From Patescibacteria group bacterium (GTDB lineage: Bacteria; Patescibacteriota; Minisyncoccia; UBA6257; HR35): DNA of 17,030 nucleotides. The position numbers and the translations under genes are program-made. The stretch spans positions 1 through 17,030 of the forward strand of contig JAUQQN010000003.1 in the NCBI GenBank assembly GCA_030549845.1, in the 5' to 3' direction. The first letter of the stretch is position 1; every line of letters starts with the position of its first letter. Of this stretch, positions 6,183 to 12,596 are shown piece by piece. The notes beneath the pieces were generated by a model, which saw only the letters and a list, made by a program, of their open reading frames with translations, ran no database searches and was not told where the DNA came from.

Positions 6183-7931
6183 TTATTTATTTCTTTTTTC
6201 TATCCTAATTTGTGAATCATAATATGAAATTCTATGTATACCGCCTATATAGATACCTGAAGAATCTACAGTTATTGCACTAGGGTAATCTTCTTGATCA
6301 GATGGATTTTCAATTTTATCCCATATTATATTTAAATTATCTTTCTGAATTTTTAATATTCTCCATTTCCTATCTCCGCCTTCAACTATAGAAGTTATAG
6401 TGTAAATATATTTATCAAAGACCCTAATTTTTCCTGATATATTATTTAAACTGCCTAATAAAGACAGGTTACTACTATTTCTTTTTTCTAATCTTTCACT
6501 TGTCATTACATAAATATTCCCACTATTATCTAAATCTAAGCTTACGAAGGGTTTGTTTGAGGTAGCATAGCTTATTAAGTTATTTAAATTATTTATATCT
6601 CTTTTTTCTAATCTTCCATATATTGACCCACAAGAAGGGTTATTCCAATTGAAATTCCCTACATAGCCTCCTATATATAAATAACTATCTTTCACAACAA
6701 TTTGTGGGTATATATCATAGTCAAAACAAAGACATGTATAACCCGAAGAGCAAGCAGCATAAGGAGTATGTGGATTTATTTGAATAGTTTGGACAGCTGT
6801 TAAATCACTTTTATTTAATTTAGTTATAACCCAATAATAATCTGACGTACCGCCTGCAGATGTATAAACTGTCCTTCTATTCCAGCCGGCTAGATATATA
6901 TAATTACTATCTTGAGCCATTGACCATACAGTTTCCATTGAAGAAATATTTACAGCGCTAACTAAGCTTCCATTTATTTTATCTCTCTTTTCAAGTCTAC
7001 CTGTAACTCCTGACCTCCCCTGCCTGCCCCCAATATAAATATAATCTCTATCTTCGATGACCCCTCCAAATACGCTATCAAAATCATAGGTATTATAATA
7101 AGGGTTTGGATCTGAAGTAGTAGACCATATTATCTCGCCATTTAGTTTTTTTCTTTTTTGAATTACCCATCGCCAATTATCATTTTCGTTTACTTTATTA
7201 TCACCTACTAAGTAAATATAATCATTATCTAAAGCGAGACCTTCGATATCATCCCATAGATTACCCCAATTTTCAGAAAAAGCCCACATTATTTCTCCTG
7301 AAGGTAAAAGTGCTAATTCAAAATCCATCGGAGCTAAGTTTTTATTATTACCAAATTCCAAAAGCCAATGTGCAGTTCCATTATCTTTTCCTGAAATACT
7401 ATCTATTCCTTTATTTTTTTCAGATTCTAAATTAGCTATTAATTCAAATTCTTTACCAGAAGTAGAAACAAAAAAAGCATAAAAATAATTTATATCATTA
7501 ATAGGATCAGTTGGTAGATTGTTTATTCTGAGAATAGGATTTTGAGAAAAATTAACTGGGATCCATCCTTCGCCATTTATATTTGAAGGGTCAGGAGAAC
7601 AATAATACTGATATCCTTGAGGAGGATCTGGTAAATCTGGGTAATCTACTTGACAATTAGTTGTTGCTGATTTAGAAGGTAATGATAAATATATGTAATT
7701 TGATCGTCCTAATGAAATCCTAGGGTCTTCAAGTAAAAAACTTTTCAAAATATTTTCAAGTTTAGAAAGGTTATTTACTCTTAAAAGGTCTCTTGATTCT
7801 TTTGAAAGCTTATCTTTTCTTAATAATTGTGTACTCAATCCTAATAAAGTTGTTACTAATATTAGAAAAATAACTACTTCTAAATAAGTGAACCCTCTTA
7901 AAATCTTCATCTTTTTAAAAAATTTTACCAA
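6183..7931 (-). CDS. Prepilin-type (type IV pilin/pseudopilin-like) protein fused to a roughly 7-bladed SBBP/NHL-like beta-propeller
   Basis: Class III signal motif MKILRG|FTYLEVVIFLILV with Glu at +5. The ORF-track start is a TTG at 7931; the ATG at 7910 gives the canonical short leader and is probably the true start. The pilin-like globular domain shares RVNNL..LE, GWIPVNF, LPTDPIN and GKEFELIANLE with the 12910..15150 protein. Seven repeats follow the pattern D.YIY(I/L).G ... (R/K)(L/I)EKR(D/N)..N(G/L)..(L/I) (GRLEKRDKINGSL, GRLEKRDINNLNNL, ERLEKRNSSNLSL, WVIQKRKKLNGEIIW, WRILKIQKDNLNIIW, ...). Confidence 0.85.
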   Translation of the reverse strand: MVKFFKKMKILRGFTYLEVVIFLILVTTLLGLSTQLLRKDKLSKESRDLLRVNNLSKLENILKSFLLEDPRISLGRSNYIYLSLPSKSATTNCQVDYPDLPDPPQGYQYYCSPDPSNINGEGWIPVNFSQNPILRINNLPTDPINDINYFYAFFVSTSGKEFELIANLESEKNKGIDSISGKDNGTAHWLLEFGNNKNLAPMDFELALLPSGEIMWAFSENWGNLWDDIEGLALDNDYIYLVGDNKVNENDNWRWVIQKRKKLNGEIIWSTTSDPNPYYNTYDFDSVFGGVIEDRDYIYIGGRQGRSGVTGRLEKRDKINGSLVSAVNISSMETVWSMAQDSNYIYLAGWNRRTVYTSAGGTSDYYWVITKLNKSDLTAVQTIQINPHTPYAACSSGYTCLCFDYDIYPQIVVKDSYLYIGGYVGNFNWNNPSCGSIYGRLEKRDINNLNNLISYATSNKPFVSLDLDNSGNIYVMTSERLEKRNSSNLSLLGSLNNISGKIRVFDKYIYTITSIVEGGDRKWRILKIQKDNLNIIWDKIENPSDQEDYPSAITVDSSGIYIGGIHRISYYDSQIRIEKRNK

Positions 7932-7937
7932 AAAACA

Positions 7938-8525
7938 TTAAAGTTCTAAAGCTTCTTTTAATGTTTCTGGGTCAATAAATTCTATTTCACCTCCTGTTGG
8001 TATTCCTTTTTTGAGCCCTCTTATTTTAACATTGAATTTTTCAACAATTTTTATAACCTCTTTTTTTAATGGCTCTGCTTCTTTTGTAAATGGTAAAGCT
8101 AATATAACTTCTTTTATGTTTTTATCTTCCTCGAATCTTTTCTTTAATTTAATTAAATTTTCTTTCACATATTCTTTTTCTTCAAATGGAAGCAATAAAC
8201 CACCAATTACATAATAAACTCCGCGATATTTCTTTAAATTTTCAATTGTTATTAAATCTGTTTCTCTTGCTACAATACATAAAGTGCTTTTATTTCTTTT
8301 AGGATCTTTACAAATTTCACAAATTTCATCATTAATTATCGGGAAATTACAATATTTGCAAAAGTTTAAATTTTCTATTAAAGCTTTTAGAGATTCTAGA
8401 AATGTTTCTTTAAATTTCTTATCTTGCTTAACAAACCAAAAAAATAATCTCCAAGCTTGTCTTGGTCCTATTTCTGGAAAATTATCAAAAAATTGGATTA
8501 TTTTTTTAAATAAAGGTGGAAGCAT
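7938..8525 (-). CDS. recR: Recombination protein RecR
   Basis: HhH-like FPEIGPRQAWRLFFWF, a C4 zinc finger CKYC...CEIC, and a Toprim-like KEVILALPFTKEAEPLKKEV followed by GIPTGGEIEFIDPETLKEALE. Confidence 0.9.
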   Translation of the reverse strand: MLPPLFKKIIQFFDNFPEIGPRQAWRLFFWFVKQDKKFKETFLESLKALIENLNFCKYCNFPIINDEICEICKDPKRNKSTLCIVARETDLITIENLKKYRGVYYVIGGLLLPFEEKEYVKENLIKLKKRFEEDKNIKEVILALPFTKEAEPLKKEVIKIVEKFNVKIRGLKKGIPTGGEIEFIDPETLKEALEL

Positions 8526-8880
8526 ATTTAATTATATTTTTAAGAAAAATTGTTATAAAAATTGAAAGGCTAAAAATCACTGCTAATAAAACAAGAAGGC
8601 TTCCTAGGTCTTTTATTGCCTTTATTTTAGGATGATATTCTTCTGTTATAAGATTGCAAATTTCTTCTATTGAAGTATTTAAAGCCTCTGAAAAAAATAT
8701 TAAAATTACTGCTAAAATAACCAAAACTAATTCTATTGGCTGAAATCTAAAAATAATACTTAAAATTATTATCAAACCTCCTATAAGAATATTCAATCTA
8801 AAATGAAAATGCGTTCGATAAATATATAAAAATCCTTCATAAGCTTTTTTAAAGCTTTGAAAAATTGAATTATTTTTCAT
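8506..8880 (-). CDS. dgkA: DgkA-family integral membrane lipid kinase (diacylglycerol/undecaprenol kinase family)
   Basis: 124 aa with three hydrophobic segments. The signature SEALNTSIEEICNLITEEYHPKIKAIKDLGSLLVL is collinear with E. coli DgkA EILNSAIEAVVDRIGSEYHELSGRAKDMGSAAVL. Its 3' end overlaps the recR start by 20 nt. Confidence 0.85.
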   Translation of the reverse strand: MKNNSIFQSFKKAYEGFLYIYRTHFHFRLNILIGGLIIILSIIFRFQPIELVLVILAVILIFFSEALNTSIEEICNLITEEYHPKIKAIKDLGSLLVLLAVIFSLSIFITIFLKNIIKYASTFI

Positions 8881-8891
8881 TTAATTAAATT

Positions 8892-8919
8892 ATTATAAGT
8901 GAGCTAAAGGAATTTTCAA
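8892..8919 (-). promoter_or_regulatory. Near-consensus sigma-70-type promoter of the dgkA-recR-pilin-pheST cluster
   Basis: Minus strand reads TTGAAA (8919..8914), a 16-nt spacer, TATAAT (8897..8892), then AATTTAATTAA-ATG. The -10 ends 11 nt before the dgkA ATG, which implies a very short leader or none. Confidence 0.55.
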
Positions 8920-9002
8920 ATTTTTAATTCTTAACTTTGTTAATTTAGTGCTTATTTTAAAACTTGTAATTTTTTAGCTTTATTTTTTTAATTATTCAAA
9001 AC

Positions 9003-10580
9003 ATGGATAACAAATCTTATCTAAATCACATAGTGGAAGTATTAATAGCCATAATTTTACTTTCCCTTGTTATAATCCTCCCCTCTCCCTCTTTCTCCCA
9101 AACATCATATAAAGCAAAAATAGCTAATTATCCTATAACTATAGAACTTAAAAAAGAAGATAATAACAAGATTATAGGAAGATATAAGTATGATAAGGTA
9201 GGAAAATGGCTAAAACTTGAAGGAAAAATTCCTACTTCTTCTAATAGAGTAATAATCAATGAATATGATGAAAATGATAAAAATACAGGATATTTTATAG
9301 GAATATTATCTAAGGATAAAACAAGCATTAAACTATTAAGTTGGATAGATAAAATAAATAAGAATAGAAGATTAAAAGTATATTCTCCTTTAATTAGGTT
9401 GTTAGAAGAAAAATCTTCTAAGATTAGAAAATATAAGTTAGGGGATTATGATCGGATTTATAATATTTATCTTTCTATCTCTGAGAAGTATTCTAATATT
9501 GGGGTAAAATATGGAAGAAAAGATAATAAATATTATATCCAAATAAATGATAAAACTTATGGGCCTTATGATTATGTTCAAGAATTAACTTTCTCCCCTG
9601 ATAGCTCTAAGTATGGATTTATGTATAAAAAAGAGAATGAATATTATATTAATGAATATTATATTCAAATCAATGATAAAACTTATGGGCCCTATGATGA
9701 TGCTTGGTGGTTAACTTTCTCTCCTGATAGCTCTAAGTATGGATTTATGTATAAAAAAGAGAATGAATATTATATTAATGAATATTATATTCAAATCAAT
9801 GATAAAACTTATGGACCTTATGATAATGCTTGGTTGTTAATTTTCTCTCCTGATAGTTCTAAGTATATGTTTGTGTATAAAAAAGATAATAAAGCTTACA
9901 TTCAAATCAATGATAAAACTTATGGGCCCTATGATAATGCTTGGTGGTTAACTTTCTCTCCTGATAGTTCTAAGTATGGATTTGTGTATGAAAAAGATAA
10001 CAAATATTATATTCAAATCAATGATAAAACTTATGGGCCCCATGATAATGCTTGGGAGTTAACTTTCTCTCCTGATAGTTCTAAGTATGGATTTGTGTAT
10101 GAAAAAGATAATAAAGCTTACATTCAAATCAATGATAAAACTTATGGACCTTATGATAATGCTTGTTGGTTAACTTTCTCCCCTGATAGCTCTAAGTATG
10201 GATTTTGGTATAAAAAAGATGATAAATATTACATTCAATTAAATGATAAAACTTATGGACCTTATGATGATGCTTGGTGGTTAACTTTCTCTCCTGATAG
10301 CTCTAAGTATGGATTTATGTATAAAAAAGATGATAAATATTACATTCAATTAAATGATAAAACTTATGGGCCTTATGATTATGCTTGGTGGTTAACTTTC
10401 TCTCCTGATAGTTCTAAGTATGGATTTATGTATAAAAAAGGTAATAAAGAATATATTCAAATAAATGACAAAACCTATGGGCCTTATGATAAAGAAGCAA
10501 CTTTTACTTTTACAAAAGACAATAGAACATTTATAGGATATGTTAAGGGTAAAGATTTAATTATTGAAGAAATAGAATAA
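9003..10580 (+). CDS. Signal-anchored tandem-repeat protein with nine PD40-like (FSPD-motif, TolB-type beta-propeller-like) repeats
   Basis: N-terminal hydrophobic segment IVEVLIAIILLSLVIILPSPSFSQ. Eight near-identical units YYIQINDKTYGPYD.AWWLTFSPDSSKYGF.YKKDNK are followed by one degenerate unit. The F-S-P-D-(S/G)-x-K-x-x-F spacing and the 37-aa period resemble PD40 repeats. Confidence 0.85.
   Translation: MDNKSYLNHIVEVLIAIILLSLVIILPSPSFSQTSYKAKIANYPITIELKKEDNNKIIGRYKYDKVGKWLKLEGKIPTSSNRVIINEYDENDKNTGYFIGILSKDKTSIKLLSWIDKINKNRRLKVYSPLIRLLEEKSSKIRKYKLGDYDRIYNIYLSISEKYSNIGVKYGRKDNKYYIQINDKTYGPYDYVQELTFSPDSSKYGFMYKKENEYYINEYYIQINDKTYGPYDDAWWLTFSPDSSKYGFMYKKENEYYINEYYIQINDKTYGPYDNAWLLIFSPDSSKYMFVYKKDNKAYIQINDKTYGPYDNAWWLTFSPDSSKYGFVYEKDNKYYIQINDKTYGPHDNAWELTFSPDSSKYGFVYEKDNKAYIQINDKTYGPYDNACWLTFSPDSSKYGFWYKKDDKYYIQLNDKTYGPYDDAWWLTFSPDSSKYGFMYKKDDKYYIQLNDKTYGPYDYAWWLTFSPDSSKYGFMYKKGNKEYIQINDKTYGPYDKEATFTFTKDNRTFIGYVKGKDLIIEEIE
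9531..10577 (+). repeat. In-frame tandem DNA repeat array: 2 x 126 bp, 6 x 111 bp, plus one degenerate terminal unit
   Basis: Unit starts are 9531, 9657, 9783, 9894, 10005, 10116, 10227, 10338 and 10449. Units share long identical stretches such as caatgataaaacttatgg and ttaactttctctcctgatag.tctaagtatggattt. Confidence 0.9.
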
Positions 10581-10582
10581 AG

Positions 10583-10610
10583 TTGATTTTTAGATTAATT
10601 GTGCTAAAAT
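10583..10610 (+). promoter_or_regulatory. Candidate promoter of the tRNA-Leu/Tyr pair: -35 TTGATT, 16-nt spacer containing the TG extension, -10 TAAAAT (extended -10 TGcTAAAAT)
   Basis: TTGATT at 10583..10588 and TGcTAAAAT at 10602..10610. tRNA-Leu starts at 10642. Confidence 0.5.
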
Positions 10611-10641
10611 AATAATTAATAAGATTTAGAGGTTTAAATTA

Positions 10642-10727
10642 GCCCGGGTGGCGGAATTGGTAGACGCGTTGGGCTTAAAACCCAATGGCCTACATAGGCT
10701 GTGAGGGTTCGAATCCCTCCCCGGGCA
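10642..10727 (+). tRNA. tRNA-Leu (anticodon TAA), class II
   Basis: GCCCGGG-TG-GCGGAATTGGTAGACGC-G-TTGGG-CTTAAAA-CCCAA-TGGCCTACATAGGCTGT-GAGGG-TTCGAAT-CCCTC-CCCGGGC-A, 86 nt. No CCA is encoded. Confidence 0.93.
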
Positions 10728-10731
10728 AATA

Positions 10732-10815
10732 CCAGGGGTGGCGGAGTGGACAAACGCACCTGGCTGTAAACCAGGCGCCCTCGTGGCTGCGCAGGTTCGA
10801 ATCCTGCCCCCTGGA
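10732..10815 (+). tRNA. tRNA-Tyr (anticodon GTA), class II with long variable arm and a C1:G72 first pair
   Basis: CCAGGGG-TG-GCGGAGTGGACAAACGC-A-CCTGG-CTGTAAA-CCAGG-CGCCCTCGTGGCTGC-GCAGG-TTCGAAT-CCTGC-CCCCTGG-A, 84 nt. It starts 4 nt after tRNA-Leu. The D-loop GAGTGGACAAA resembles E. coli tRNA-Tyr GAGCGGCCAAA. Confidence 0.9.
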
Positions 10816-10834
10816 AATGAACAAAGAAATCCTA

Positions 10835-10843
10835 TGCTAAAAT
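10835..10843 (+). promoter_or_regulatory. Extended -10-like element TGcTAAAAT
   Basis: cctaTGcTAAAATag lies 20 nt downstream of tRNA-Tyr. I found no clear -35. Confidence 0.3.
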
Positions 10844-10906
10844 AGTTTTGAAGATGGCAAAAGAAATGATAAATAAGATTAAAAAACTAAGAAAAAACTA
10901 GAAGTA

Positions 10907-10915
10907 TGATAAAAT
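10907..10915 (+). promoter_or_regulatory. Extended -10-like element TGaTAAAAT upstream of tRNA-Arg(TCG), topA and rplT
   Basis: gtaTGaTAAAATtattttagattcataa-GCCCCCA(tRNA). The hexamer ends 16 nt before the tRNA 5' end. Confidence 0.4.
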
Positions 10916-10931
10916 TATTTTAGATTCATAA

Positions 10932-11004
10932 GCCCCCATAGCTCAATTGGAAGAGCGGGTGGCTTCGGACCACCAGGTTGCAGGTTCGAGTCCTGCTGGG
11001 GGCT
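10932..11004 (+). tRNA. tRNA-Arg (anticodon TCG)
   Basis: GCCCCCA-TA-GCTC-AATTGGAA-GAGC-G-GGTGG-CTTCGGA-CCACC-AGGTT-GCAGG-TTCGAGT-CCTGC-TGGGGGC-T, 73 nt. The T-arm is identical to that of tRNA-Arg(CCT). No CCA is encoded. Confidence 0.9.
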
Positions 11005-11011
11005 TTTTTAA

Positions 11012-12586
11012 ATGAAAATAATAATAGTTGAATCTCCTAAAAAGGCTAAAACTATAAAAAAATTTTTAAAAAACAGAAGGATTTTGGTTATTTCTTCAAA
11101 AGGACATATTGTAGATTTACCCAAAAATAAATTTGGAATATATATAGAGGAAGGCGGAAAGTTAAAGGTTGAATATGTACTATTAAAATCTTTTTTCTTA
11201 AACTACTTAAAAAAATTGAAAAACAATATAAATGAATTTATTTTAGCCACAGATCCTGACAGAGAAGGTGAATTTATTGCATGGAGTATTGTAGAGTTTT
11301 TAAAGTTAAAAAATTACTCAAGAATTAGATTTTATGAAATATCAAAAAATGCGATATTGAATGCTTTGCAAAATAAAGAATCCATTAATTTAAATTTAGT
11401 AAAAGCCCAAAAAGCTAGAAGGTTTTTAGATAGAATTATAGGTTATACATTATCACCAATTTTATGGAAAGAAAAAATAGGTGAATCTGCAGGTAGAGTA
11501 CAATCTTCGGCGTTAAGAATTATAGTTGAAAAAGAAGAAGAGATAAAAAAATTTAAGGAAGAGAAATTTTATAAACTAGAAGTTGATTTTGGTAGTTTTA
11601 AGGCTTATTATGTCGAAAATAAAAATGACAAATTTAAAGATAAGGATTATTTAGAGAAAATTAAAAAAGGGATAAAGGGAAAAGAATTTATTTTAAATAA
11701 AATTGAAATAAAACAACAACCAATTAAAAAGCCCACTCCATTAGATACAGCGCTGCTTCAAAGGGTTAGTTACTTAAAATATAAATTTTCGGCTCCTTTA
11801 ACTATGAAAATTGCTCAATCATTATATGAAAAGGGTTTTATTACCTATCATAGAACAGATTCTTTTAATTTATCTAAAGAATTTCTAGAAAAAATCAAAG
11901 GCATTCTTGGAGAATATTATGAAAGACCCTATATTAAAAAATCTGAATTTTCACAAGAGGCTCATGAAGCTATTAGGCCAGTATATATTAAAAGAGATGT
12001 AAATTTAAAAGATATTGAAAAGAAATTGTACGAGTTGATCTTTGATTTTACCTTAGCAAGTTGTAGTAAAGATGGTTTATTAGAAAAAATTGTTTTTATA
12101 TTGAATCCTTTATCAAGCAAAAATCTTTTATTCAAAGCAGAAGGAGAAAAATTAATATTCGATGGATTTTTAAAATTTTATCCTTTTAAGATTTCTTTTA
12201 AAGAATTGCCTAATTTAGAAAGGGGTACTATATTAAAAGCTAAAAATATAAAAATCTTAGAAGTCAGAACCAAGCCTCCTTCAAGATATTCTGAAGCTAC
12301 ACTAATAAAGAAATTAAAGGAATTAGGAATAGGTAGGCCTTCTACTTATGCTGAAATTATCAAAACTTTACTAAAACGGAAATATATAATCAAAGAAAAA
12401 GGTTATTTAAAACCAACTGAGAAAGGAGTAAGGGTAATAGAATTTTTAAAAAGTCACTTTAAAGATATAATTGACTTAAATTTTACTGCAAAAATGGAAA
12501 AAAATTTAGATGAAATTGCAAAAGGGCTAAGAGATTATGAGAAATTTGTAATAGACTTTTGGAAATTTTTAAAAAGTTTATTATAA
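11012..12586 (+). CDS. topA: DNA topoisomerase I (type IA), core-only 524-aa form
   Basis: Toprim motifs IIIVESPKKAKTIKKFL and LATDPDREGEFIAWSI. The active-site region is SLYEKGFITYHRTDS. RPSTYAEIIKTLLKRKYI and NFTAKMEKNLDEIA match the end of the E. coli core domains. The protein stops directly after these motifs. Confidence 0.93.
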   Translation: MKIIIVESPKKAKTIKKFLKNRRILVISSKGHIVDLPKNKFGIYIEEGGKLKVEYVLLKSFFLNYLKKLKNNINEFILATDPDREGEFIAWSIVEFLKLKNYSRIRFYEISKNAILNALQNKESINLNLVKAQKARRFLDRIIGYTLSPILWKEKIGESAGRVQSSALRIIVEKEEEIKKFKEEKFYKLEVDFGSFKAYYVENKNDKFKDKDYLEKIKKGIKGKEFILNKIEIKQQPIKKPTPLDTALLQRVSYLKYKFSAPLTMKIAQSLYEKGFITYHRTDSFNLSKEFLEKIKGILGEYYERPYIKKSEFSQEAHEAIRPVYIKRDVNLKDIEKKLYELIFDFTLASCSKDGLLEKIVFILNPLSSKNLLFKAEGEKLIFDGFLKFYPFKISFKELPNLERGTILKAKNIKILEVRTKPPSRYSEATLIKKLKELGIGRPSTYAEIIKTLLKRKYIIKEKGYLKPTEKGVRVIEFLKSHFKDIIDLNFTAKMEKNLDEIAKGLRDYEKFVIDFWKFLKSLL

Positions 12587-12596
12587 TTAAATCATT

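Noticed and set aside
8011-8565. Two plus-strand ORFs (8011..8214 and 8284..8565) antisense to recR and dgkA
   Set aside because: Both are embedded in convincing minus-strand genes. Their Ser/Phe/Leu/Asn-rich composition reflects antisense reading of AT-rich coding DNA.
9128-9328. 66-aa minus-strand ORF antisense to the repeat protein
   Set aside because: It sits inside the 525-aa plus-strand CDS and has no independent support.
9531-10577. Tandem repeats as a CRISPR array or a diversity-generating retroelement target
   Set aside because: The units are contiguous with no spacers, in frame, and translate into a coherent protein repeat, so this is not a CRISPR array. Some variable codons do toggle AAT/GAT/TAT. 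However, the window contains no reverse transcriptase, no template repeat and no accessory gene, and the variation is between paralogous units and not between a VR/TR pair.
10581-10641. Intrinsic terminators after the repeat-protein gene, tRNA-Leu(CAA) and rplT
   Set aside because: I found no GC-rich hairpin followed by a T-run at any of these positions. The T6 after tRNA-Arg(TCG) follows the acceptor stem and runs straight into the topA ATG.
10854-10901. 15-codon mini-ORF (MAKEMINKIKKLRKN) starting about 11 nt after a TGcTAAAAT box
   Set aside because: It is too short to distinguish from chance in AT-rich DNA and I recognise no homology. It is mentioned only as a possible leaderless peptide under the promoter finding.
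10581-11011. tRNA cluster as an integration hotspot marking a genomic island around the repeat protein
   Set aside because: There is no integrase, no direct repeat of a tRNA 3' end and no mobility gene in the window.
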